DNA of 64,000 nucleotides from a bacterium (lineage in GTDB: Bacteria; Patescibacteriota; Minisyncoccia; Moranbacterales; UBA1568): contig JAKACP010000001.1 of assembly GCA_021821305.1 (NCBI GenBank), positions 196,934 to 260,933 on the forward strand, read 5' to 3'. Under the pieces are notes generated by a model. That model did not search any database, was not told where the DNA came from, and worked only from the letters and a program-made list of their open reading frames with translations. Position 1 is the first letter of the stretch. Each line of letters opens with the position of its first letter. Shown here one piece after another: positions 19,733-27,357 of the stretch. Both the position numbers and the translations under genes were made by a program.

Positions 19733-20176
19733 ATGAATGATATCATTTCGTATGAGAATGCGGTTTCGGAATGTCATTCCGCAGAGTTGCGAAAATCCGT
19801 TTCCAAATTGGCAGCGATACATTTTGTTCCTCGCTGCGTGAACCGTCAAGGAGGGAGAAAGCTGATCGTATACGATCGAAGGTTCGAATCGGCCTATCAA
19901 TCACCGAAATTGCCGGCTTATCTGAAGGAAAAGATACTTTCCACGCTGCTTACGCTCTTCATCGAGCCGTATTCGTCGGAGAAGAAACAAAAGTCATCCC
20001 GGACGCATTCGTTCGATTCGACGAACCTCCGTCGCGAGGGATGGATACGGGACCTCCGTGACAACGCGCGGGTGAGCCGCGTCAATGACGAATGGCGCAT
20101 CGTGTGGAGCGAAGATCCGAGCAAGGTGACCGTCCATGCGGTCTGTCGCCATCAGGATATCTATTCGCAGGAGTGA
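19733..20176 (+). CDS. Hypothetical protein with RelE/YoeB-like C-terminal region
   Basis: GGAGG RBS; SRVNDEWRIVW...VCRHQDIY resembles RelE-superfamily C-termini. Confidence 0.55.
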   Translation: MNDIISYENAVSECHSAELRKSVSKLAAIHFVPRCVNRQGGRKLIVYDRRFESAYQSPKLPAYLKEKILSTLLTLFIEPYSSEKKQKSSRTHSFDSTNLRREGWIRDLRDNARVSRVNDEWRIVWSEDPSKVTVHAVCRHQDIYSQE

Positions 20177-20383
20177 CGACATCGTTCGCCATGAGCGTTC
20201 GCGGGCCGGAAAAATTTCCGGTCCGTTTTCTTTGTCTGATCCGGTCCGGGGTTGATTTTTCCTTTGATCCATGCTATAATTGATTTGTGGGAAAATTTGT
20301 GCGAACGACCGGGTGACCGGTCTTTTTTGTTGAAAAAGAAAAAATAAGGCTTCACTGAGGGAAAATAAAAACATCGTACGCAT

Positions 20384-21007
20384 ATGCCGCTGGTTCGAAA
20401 CGACAAAAAAATCGAAGATACGAGCCATCGTAGTCCCGATACGGACTCGGCTCTCTATCTGGTCGTCCTGCTCTTGTCATCGGTCTTTTTCGGACTTCTG
20501 TTCTCGGCGTCCTCGCGGATACTGACGTACGAGATCGAAAGTGCCGATTTCGTCGGCTCGACTCCGAAATTCAAGACGACATTCGAACGCTCACTCGATA
20601 AGATGGTCAAAGGACATCCGATATCGGACATGACCCCGTATCTGGCACAGCAGAACGCGGTGACCGCGTCCTATCTCGTCGCCATCGCCAAGCATGAGAG
20701 CAACTGGGGAAAATATTCGCCGAAAATGGATGGGAAAGAATGCTACAACTACTGGGGATACCGGGGACAGACCGAAAAGGTCACCCGAAGCGGGTACTCG
20801 TGCTTCGACAGTCCGAGACAGGCGGTCTCGGTGGTCGGGAGGCGGCTCAACTATCTCATCTGGGATCTGCGTCTCGATACGCCTGAGGAACTCCTCGTAT
20901 GGAAATGCGGCTCGACCTGCGCCGGGCATGATCAGGGCGACGTGAATCGCTGGGCGCGCAATGTGGGCGTATACTCGAAAAAGGTCGAGAATGAAGCCCG
21001 ATTCTGA
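20384..21007 (+). CDS. Membrane-anchored lysozyme/glucosaminidase-like protein
   Basis: TM helix; AIAKHESNWG..CYNYWGY; paralogous to 62819-63901. Confidence 0.6.
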   Translation: MPLVRNDKKIEDTSHRSPDTDSALYLVVLLLSSVFFGLLFSASSRILTYEIESADFVGSTPKFKTTFERSLDKMVKGHPISDMTPYLAQQNAVTASYLVAIAKHESNWGKYSPKMDGKECYNYWGYRGQTEKVTRSGYSCFDSPRQAVSVVGRRLNYLIWDLRLDTPEELLVWKCGSTCAGHDQGDVNRWARNVGVYSKKVENEARF

Positions 21008-21026
21008 TACGGAGGGATCAAAAAAG

Positions 21027-21059
21027 AAAGCCGTGCCGGTAAATCCGGCGCGGCTTTTT
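21027..21059. terminator. Bidirectional terminator
   Basis: AAAGCCGTGCCGG/CCGGCGCGGCTTTTT. Confidence 0.7.
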
Positions 21060-21511
21060 CATCGTTCTCCATATATCTCGACGGCACAGGCCATGCGGAC
21101 ATATATCTGGTTTCCTTGTCTGAGCTCGAGGGAGTACGGATTGCTGAGGAGCTGGGGGTGTTCGCCTTGACGCCGTGAAGTGCCGAGGAGGTTCCCGTCG
21201 CCGCGTATTTCTCCTACCGTGTATACGCGTACCGGACCCGGTCCGTCATGGAACATGCGCCAGTAGTCGCCGACATTCCGGTCGTCCCACGCGGATCGCC
21301 CGGTTTCGTTGCCGCAGATGCGGAGCGCATCGAAGATCCGATGGAAGCACGTTTCGAGCAGTTCTCGCGGCGGGCACAGGTGCGGGTTGTCCCGGAACAC
21401 CTTGAGTCTCCGGTAGTCCCTCTCGCTCAACTTCCTTTCCATGAACAGTTTGTCCGCGGCGGGCCAGGCATAGCGGAAAAACAGTTGCTCCGGGGTGAGG
21501 ATTCCCATCAT
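21059..21511 (-). CDS. Hypothetical protein
   Basis: AAGGAG RBS; ORF fills the gap; LFFRYAWP N-terminus only vaguely DUF6390-like. Confidence 0.55.
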   Translation of the reverse strand: MMGILTPEQLFFRYAWPAADKLFMERKLSERDYRRLKVFRDNPHLCPPRELLETCFHRIFDALRICGNETGRSAWDDRNVGDYWRMFHDGPGPVRVYTVGEIRGDGNLLGTSRRQGEHPQLLSNPYSLELRQGNQIYVRMACAVEIYGER

Positions 21512-21675
21512 GTTCTCCTTCCTTTTCAATGAACGAAGTGGCATGCTAGCACGGACAACGGCGGGAATCAATGCCATGGACGGATTCCGGAGGGACGGAG
21601 GGGTGAAAAGAGAAAGATCTCCTCGGATAAGCGATACTTGCCAGATTCTGTTCTTGTGGTATACTTATCACGGAA

Positions 21676-21692
21676 ACCACAACATGTAGTGT
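21676..21692. promoter_or_regulatory. Putative NrdR box
   Basis: ACCACAACATGTAGTGT resembles the NrdR box consensus, directly upstream of nrdD. Confidence 0.6.
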
Positions 21693-21716
21693 AATAAATA
21701 GTTTTAAATAAAAAAT

Positions 21717-23843
21717 ATGTCGAATCCGAAGAAACAGGGGAAGAGGAGTCGCATCCCCGAGAAAGTCCCGGGTTCGACCCGCACGAAGGAAGCGAAGAAG
21801 CCTCCGGTGTCGCCGTTCCGATACATCGTGAAGCGCGGCGGGCGAAAGGTACGGTTCGACGGGAAGAAGATCGCCGTCGCGGTCGGGAAGGCGTTCGCCG
21901 CGACCGGCGAGGGGGGCGAGGCGGAGGCGAAGCGCGTGGCCGCGAAGGTGGTGAGCCTCCTCCGGAAGGACATCGGCAGGGACGGCATACCGACGGTGGA
22001 GGGCGTACAGGACATGGTGGAACGGGTGCTCATGATCCTCGACTTCGAGGAGACGGCCAAGTCTTACATACTTTACCGTGAGGAGCACGCCCGGCTCCGC
22101 GAGATGGAGAAGGCGCTCGAGCTCTCCTCGGATCTCGTCGACCGGTACCTCCGCGAGCTCGATTGGCGGGTCCGGGAGAACGCGAACATGTCCTATTCCC
22201 TCCAGGGGCTCAACAATTACATCTCCTCGATCGTCAGCTCGAAGTACTGGATGAACAAGGTGTATCCGCGCGAGATACGCGACGCGCACGAGGGCGGCGA
22301 CCTACATCTCCACGATCTCCAGCTCGTCTCCGCGTACTGCTGCGGCTGGGATCTCCAGGACCTCATACGGCGCGGCTTTACCGGTGTTCCCGGGAAAGTG
22401 TCGTCGAGGCCGGCCAAGCACCTCTCGGTCATTCTGGGGCAGATGGTCAATTTCATCTATACGCTCCAAGGCGAGGTCGCCGGCGCGCAGGCGTTCTCGA
22501 ATTTCGATACGCTGCTCGCCCCCTTCGTCCGACGCGACCGACTCTCGTACGCACAGGTCAAACAGGAGATCCAGTCCTTCGTCTTCAACATGAACATCTC
22601 GACGCGGGTCGGATTCCAGACCCCGTTCTCGAACATCACGCTCGATATCACGTGTCCCAAGGCGCTCGCCAAGGAAGCGGTCGTCATGGGTGGCGAGCCG
22701 CAGAACGAGACCTACGGCGAATTCCAGGAAGAGATGGACATGATCAACCGCGCATTCGCCGAGGTGATGATGGAGGGGGATTCCGAGGGGCGCGTCTTCA
22801 CGTTCCCCATCCCGACCTACAACATCGGCAAGGACTTCGACTGGGACGACCCGCGGTACCTTCCCATCTGGGAGATGACCGCCAAATACGGCATCCCGTA
22901 TTTCGCGAACTTCGTGAATTCCGACATGGATCCGGAGGACGCGCGGAGCATGTGCTGTCGGCTCCGGCTCGACAACCGCGAGCTCCACAAGCGCGGTGGC
23001 GGACTCTTCGGCGCGGCTCCGCTCACCGGTTCGATCGGGGTCGTGACGATCAATCTCCCGCGTCTCGGCCGTACGGCGGAAAGCGAGAAGGAGTTCTTCG
23101 CCAAGCTCGATACGCTCATGGATATCGCCCAAGAAAGCCTCGAAATCAAGCGGAAACTGGTCGAGAAGCTCACCGATCAGGGATTGTATCCCTATACCAG
23201 GTTCTATCTCGCGCCGATCAAGGCCCGCCGGGGGGAATACTGGTCGAACCATTTCTCGACCATCGGCTTGGTCGGCATGAACGAGGCGGCGCAGAACCTT
23301 CTCGGGACCGACATCACGACCGCGAAGGGACAGCGGTTCGCCGGCAAGGTGCTGACCCACATGCGCAAGCGCATCATCGGGTATCAGAAGGCGACGGGCA
23401 ATCTCTACAATCTCGAAGCGACACCGGCGGAGGGGACATCATATCGGCTGGCACAGCTCGACCAGGCGAGGTACAAGGATATCGTCTTCGCGAACGCCGA
23501 GGCGGTGCGGGAGACGGGAGCGGCTCCCTACTACACCAATTCCTCGCACATCCCGGTCGGCCACACGGATGACATCTTCGAGGCGCTCCGCCTCCAAGAC
23601 GACCTCCAGACCAAATATACCGGCGGGACGGTGCTGCACGGCTTTCTCGGGGAGAGAATGTGGGATGCGGAGGCGACCCGGAACCTGGTCCGGAAGATCG
23701 CGGAGAACTATCGGCTCCCGTATTTCACCCTGACGCCGACTTTTTCCGTCTGCCCCGCGCACGGCTATGTCGCCGGCGAACACCATACCTGCCCCCGCTG
23801 TGTCGCGGAGCCGACACAACAAAAATATTCGACCATCGGATGA
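21717..23843 (+). CDS. nrdD: Class III anaerobic ribonucleoside-triphosphate reductase, lacking the C-terminal glycyl-radical motif
   Basis: ATP cone, HLHDL, AGAQA, SMCCRL, EATPAEG, YYTNS, YTGGTVLH and CPAHG..CPRC. Confidence 0.93.
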   Translation: MSNPKKQGKRSRIPEKVPGSTRTKEAKKPPVSPFRYIVKRGGRKVRFDGKKIAVAVGKAFAATGEGGEAEAKRVAAKVVSLLRKDIGRDGIPTVEGVQDMVERVLMILDFEETAKSYILYREEHARLREMEKALELSSDLVDRYLRELDWRVRENANMSYSLQGLNNYISSIVSSKYWMNKVYPREIRDAHEGGDLHLHDLQLVSAYCCGWDLQDLIRRGFTGVPGKVSSRPAKHLSVILGQMVNFIYTLQGEVAGAQAFSNFDTLLAPFVRRDRLSYAQVKQEIQSFVFNMNISTRVGFQTPFSNITLDITCPKALAKEAVVMGGEPQNETYGEFQEEMDMINRAFAEVMMEGDSEGRVFTFPIPTYNIGKDFDWDDPRYLPIWEMTAKYGIPYFANFVNSDMDPEDARSMCCRLRLDNRELHKRGGGLFGAAPLTGSIGVVTINLPRLGRTAESEKEFFAKLDTLMDIAQESLEIKRKLVEKLTDQGLYPYTRFYLAPIKARRGEYWSNHFSTIGLVGMNEAAQNLLGTDITTAKGQRFAGKVLTHMRKRIIGYQKATGNLYNLEATPAEGTSYRLAQLDQARYKDIVFANAEAVRETGAAPYYTNSSHIPVGHTDDIFEALRLQDDLQTKYTGGTVLHGFLGERMWDAEATRNLVRKIAENYRLPYFTLTPTFSVCPAHGYVAGEHHTCPRCVAEPTQQKYSTIG

Positions 23844-23846
23844 GGA

Positions 23847-23999
23847 ATATTTTTGAAAGCACAGGTCACAGAACACAAAACGCCAAACAAGACACAAAAT
23901 ATGAAATACAAACATGAAACCAAACATCCGCTTGTGCTTTGAGAATTGTGTTTTGTTTGGATTTTTGTGCTTTCGAACTTTGTGTTTTTAGCAAAAATA
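23847..23999. repeat. Heptamer-built palindromic element, family II, copy X
   Basis: A/C-rich arm with CCAAACAA at 23883 and G/T-rich arm with TTGTTTGG at 23953. Confidence 0.75.
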
Positions 24000-24021
24000 A
24001 GTAATACGTAACAATAAAAGT

Positions 24022-24270
24022 ATGCGGTGCCATGATTGCGGAAAGGAGCTCGTGAAGGGGGCGGAGTACATGCCGTATCGGGTCGGAGATAGCGGGTTCG
24101 CCAAGTGTCGGGCGTGCCACGAGGCGGATCCGGTGCTCCGCGGCTTCCAGGAGGCCGAGGTCTACTCGCGCGTCGTCGGCTATATCCGCCCGGTCAGACA
24201 GTGGAACAAGGGCAAGCAGGCGGAGTTCGGCGACCGGAAGGAATATGTGGCGGAAGGTCGCGCGTGCTAG
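24022..24270 (+). CDS. Stand-alone NrdD glycyl-radical domain protein with Zn ribbon
   Basis: CHDC...CRAC plus EVYSRVVGYIRPVRQWNKGKQAEF. Confidence 0.9.
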   Translation: MRCHDCGKELVKGAEYMPYRVGDSGFAKCRACHEADPVLRGFQEAEVYSRVVGYIRPVRQWNKGKQAEFGDRKEYVAEGRAC

Positions 24271-24274
24271 ATAC

Positions 24275-24447
24275 GCCCGCTCAACCCGGATTCCTTTCGT
24301 TCCCGACCGCATCCTCGCCGCCCGGTTTCTTCTTTTCAAAAATTTCCCTCAATCGACGGCATCTCGAGGAAATTTTTGAAGAAGAAACGGGCTTACTCGA
24401 GCAATATGCGGTTCCCGGCAAACGAAAGGAATCCGGGTTGAGCGGGC
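24275..24447. repeat. Long nested hairpin element
   Basis: Perfect 27-bp inverted repeat (24275-24301 and 24421-24447) enclosing further stems. Confidence 0.85.
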
Positions 24448-24474
24448 TCAATTCCTTCTCCGTGACTCATCCGT

Positions 24475-25176
24475 ATGCTCGTCGGCGGTTTCCAAAAATT
24501 GACGCTCATCGATTATCCGGGAAAGGTCGCGACCACCGTCTTTACGGTCGGGTGCAATTTCCGGTGTCCGTTCTGCCATAATCCGGAGCTCATCGACTTC
24601 CCGAAAGGCGAACTGCCGACGTATCGGAAGAACGAGGAAGCATTCTTCGATTTCCTCGAAAAGAGGAGGGGTCTCCTCGACGGGGTATGCGTGACGGGCG
24701 GCGAACCGACGGTCCAGCCGGACCTCCTGGAATTCCTGGAAAAGGTGAAGAATATGGGGTTTCTCGTGAAACTCGATACGAACGGGAGCCGTCCGGAGAT
24801 CGTCGCGGAAGTGATCGGGCGAGGCCTCGCCGATTTCTTCGCGATGGACATCAAGAACCGGATGGGGCGCTACGGCGAGACATCGGGCTCGGACGTGTCG
24901 GAGGAACGGATCCGGGAAAGCATCCGGCGGATCCGGGAAAGCGGAACGCCGTACGAGTTCCGGACGACGGTCGTGCCGGGTCTCCACGACGAGAGCGATT
25001 TCGACGGCATCGCGGAGCTGATCGACGGGGCGCCGACGTATTATCTGCAGGAGTTCCGCGATTTCCGTATCCTCTCGCCGGGGCTCCGTGACCGCGCGAA
25101 GGGAAAGACGATCGATCTCGACGCGATAGCGGTGAGGCTCGCTCCGCGTTTCGGGAAGGTGGGCGTCCGCCGGTGA
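24475..25176 (+). CDS. nrdG: Anaerobic RNR activating radical SAM protein
   Basis: TLIDYPG, CNFRCPFCHN, TGGEPT, KLDTNGS and EFRTT. Confidence 0.92.
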   Translation: MLVGGFQKLTLIDYPGKVATTVFTVGCNFRCPFCHNPELIDFPKGELPTYRKNEEAFFDFLEKRRGLLDGVCVTGGEPTVQPDLLEFLEKVKNMGFLVKLDTNGSRPEIVAEVIGRGLADFFAMDIKNRMGRYGETSGSDVSEERIRESIRRIRESGTPYEFRTTVVPGLHDESDFDGIAELIDGAPTYYLQEFRDFRILSPGLRDRAKGKTIDLDAIAVRLAPRFGKVGVRR

Positions 25177-25195
25177 GGTCTTTGTCAGGGGGAAA

Positions 25196-25279
25196 ACGAA
25201 AATATCCGGAAAGCGAAATCCCGTCTTCCTGACCGAGGACGCTCGCGGTCGCCGGAATTTCCTTCCCGGATATTTTCGT
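25196..25279. repeat. Imperfect inverted repeat
   Basis: ACGAAAATATCCGG.../...CCGGATATTTTCGT, extending to about 26 bp. Confidence 0.7.
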
Positions 25280-25352
25280 GCGATACGTCGCAAAGTAAAA
25301 CCGCCCCCGTTCAGTGTGGGCGGTTCGTGTTTTCGGTCTGCGGGGTCTCTTA

Positions 25353-25535
25353 TTATAAGAGACCCATGTTTCCGAAGAGCGTCAACGTGACGACCGGCAT
25401 GAGGGCGAGAAGAAAGGCGAATGCCATCTCATCGTTCTCCGCCGCTTTCTTGCAATCGGTGCAAGAATGCTCCTGCGCTTCCGACGTCCGTCCTGAGACT
25501 TCGTCGGCGCTGACCATGGGCCTTTCAGCTTCCAT
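25353..25535 (-). CDS. Small membrane protein with CxxC
   Basis: CTDC followed by a C-terminal hydrophobic helix. Confidence 0.55.
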   Translation of the reverse strand: MEAERPMVSADEVSGRTSEAQEHSCTDCKKAAENDEMAFAFLLALMPVVTLTLFGNMGLL

Positions 25536-25666
25536 AGTTTTTTCTTACTGTTTATGTCGTCGAAAAGAAAAAACGGGAATCCTCGCTTTGAGGGCACCCG
25601 TTTCTCACTTCAACATATCCATTATACATCAAAAAAACGGGAAAGTCAAGGCGGAGCGGCATCGAT

Positions 25667-25689
25667 ATGTAAAGTATGATTGACATACG
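25667..25689. promoter_or_regulatory. Putative XRE operator 1, overlapping a -35 box
   Basis: ATGTAAAGTATGATTGACATACG, repeated at 26301. Confidence 0.65.
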
Positions 25690-25714
25690 CCGATTTTCGG
25701 GGTAGGGTATCCGT

Positions 25715-25924
25715 ATGAAAGAGATCTTGTCCAATGCCGTCAGGAAACGTCGCGAAGAGGAAGGCGTGACGCAAGAGGAGCTCGCCGAGGAGGTCGGCGT
25801 GACGCGGCAGACCATCATCGCCATCGAGAAGGGGAACTATGCTCCCTCGGTTCTGCTCGCGCTCAAGATCGCGGAGTTTTTTCATAAACCGTTGGAAAAA
25901 ATATTTTGGTATGAGAAAAGATAA
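25715..25924 (+). CDS. XRE-family HTH regulator
   Basis: TQEELAEEVGVTRQTIIAIEKGNYAPS. Confidence 0.95.
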   Translation: MKEILSNAVRKRREEEGVTQEELAEEVGVTRQTIIAIEKGNYAPSVLLALKIAEFFHKPLEKIFWYEKR

Positions 25925-26288
25925 CTTTTTCGCCGCCCTCGATATCGTGCTCGCCGCGTTGCCGGTCCTTATGCTTCTCCTCATCTGGGATCCATTCGGC
26001 TGGTTCGGACTCTCTGATTTCTGGATGATGGCCTCGACCGGTGTGTTCGTCGCGAGCATCGTCCCGTTCCTCGCGTTCGTATGGCGGGAAAAGGCGGAGG
26101 ACGAGCGGGAAGAGGTTCACCTCGCCATCGCCGGCCGCGTGGCGTTTCTCGCCGGCGCGAGCGTGCTCGCCTTCGCCATCGTCCTCTCCGTCCTCGCGCA
26201 CAAGCTCGGGCCCTGGCTCCCGCTCGCGCTCGCGACCATGATCGTGGCGAAGATCGGTACGCTCGCGTATCTCCGCGCAAAAAAATAG
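25911..26288 (+). CDS. Membrane protein (DUF2178-like) coupled to the XRE gene
   Basis: Four hydrophobic segments and a DERE motif; overlaps the XRE stop. Confidence 0.75.
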   Translation: MRKDNFFAALDIVLAALPVLMLLLIWDPFGWFGLSDFWMMASTGVFVASIVPFLAFVWREKAEDEREEVHLAIAGRVAFLAGASVLAFAIVLSVLAHKLGPWLPLALATMIVAKIGTLAYLRAKK

Positions 26289-26300
26289 CGAAAAGAGCTG

Positions 26301-26342
26301 ATGTAAAGTAAACTTGACATACGTTTGCCTGGTAGGTATACT
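26301..26342 (+). promoter_or_regulatory. Putative XRE operator 2 and promoter
   Basis: ATGTAAAG-TAAA-CTTGACAT palindrome; TTGACA-17 bp-TATACT. Confidence 0.7.
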
Positions 26343-26369
26343 GAAACGGTAATCTTTGTTTTTTGCACT

Positions 26370-27293
26370 ATGCAAAACGATATGATGCAGGGGTCCGGTG
26401 CGCCGATGCCGGGGAAGTCATCGCTTCCGCTGGTGATCGGTACGCTCGTCGCGGTCGTCGTCGTTGGGGCGTTCTACTTCGTGACGCGAAGCGATGAGAA
26501 GATGGAGGGCGATGCGATGATGGAGGCATCGAAGGACGATGCGATGATGACGGAGGAGAAAGACGAGAAGATGGAGGGCGAGGCAATGATGGAGAAGCGG
26601 GAAGTCACCGTGACGCTCGGCGCGCAGAACGCGTCCGGCCAGGAGGGAAAGGCGACGCTCGTCGAAACGGACGGGAAGACCAAGGTGACGATCGCTATCG
26701 GATCGGGTACGGCGGGAATCGCTCAGCCGGCCCATATCCATGTCGGTTCGTGCCCCGCTCCCGGAGCGGTGAAGTATCCGCTCACGAACGTCGTCGACGG
26801 CCGGTCGGAGACCGTGCTCGACGTGTCCTTGGAGACGCTCACCAAGGAACTGCCGCTTGCGATCAACGTGCACAAGTCGAAGGATGACGCGAAGACCTAC
26901 GTCTCATGCGGCGATATCACGGCCGCCGCGATGAGCGGAGAGGCGATGATGGAGAAAAAAACGGATGGGGCCATGATGACAAGCGCGGGATCATACGAGA
27001 CGTATGAGGCATCCAAGCTCGCGATGGCCAAGGAGGGGAAGGTCGTGTTGTTCTTCCGCGCCTCATGGTGCCCGACCTGTCGCGCGCTCGACGCGTCGAT
27101 ACGGAAGGAAGCCTCGGCGATCCCCGGGAACCTGACCATCCTTGACGTGGATTATGATACCTACAAGGATCTCAAGGCGAAGTACGGCGTGACCACGCAG
27201 CACACGCTGGTGCAGGTGGACGCCGACGGGAGGGAGATCACGAAATGGGTCGGCAGCGAGAATCTCGCGGAACTCGTGGCGAAACTGAAGTAG
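26370..27293 (+). CDS. Membrane-anchored protein with Met-rich linkers, a His-motif beta domain and thioredoxin
   Basis: TM helix; AMME repeats; PAHIHVGSC..INVH..CGDI; WCPTC. Confidence 0.85.
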   Translation: MQNDMMQGSGAPMPGKSSLPLVIGTLVAVVVVGAFYFVTRSDEKMEGDAMMEASKDDAMMTEEKDEKMEGEAMMEKREVTVTLGAQNASGQEGKATLVETDGKTKVTIAIGSGTAGIAQPAHIHVGSCPAPGAVKYPLTNVVDGRSETVLDVSLETLTKELPLAINVHKSKDDAKTYVSCGDITAAAMSGEAMMEKKTDGAMMTSAGSYETYEASKLAMAKEGKVVLFFRASWCPTCRALDASIRKEASAIPGNLTILDVDYDTYKDLKAKYGVTTQHTLVQVDADGREITKWVGSENLAELVAKLK

Positions 27294-27357
27294 ATCGCGT
27301 ATCCGCACTCCTCTCCGGCGACATTCCGGAGAGGTCGCGAATCCGTGATATCACCAT

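Noticed and set aside
23841-24022. TGA read-through, recoding or an intron rejoining nrdD with the downstream ORF
   Set aside because: Further in-frame stops (TGA, then TAA) follow and the small ORF is in another frame. It has its own start and Zn ribbon, and no group I/II intron features are visible. TGA is a normal stop for many genes here.
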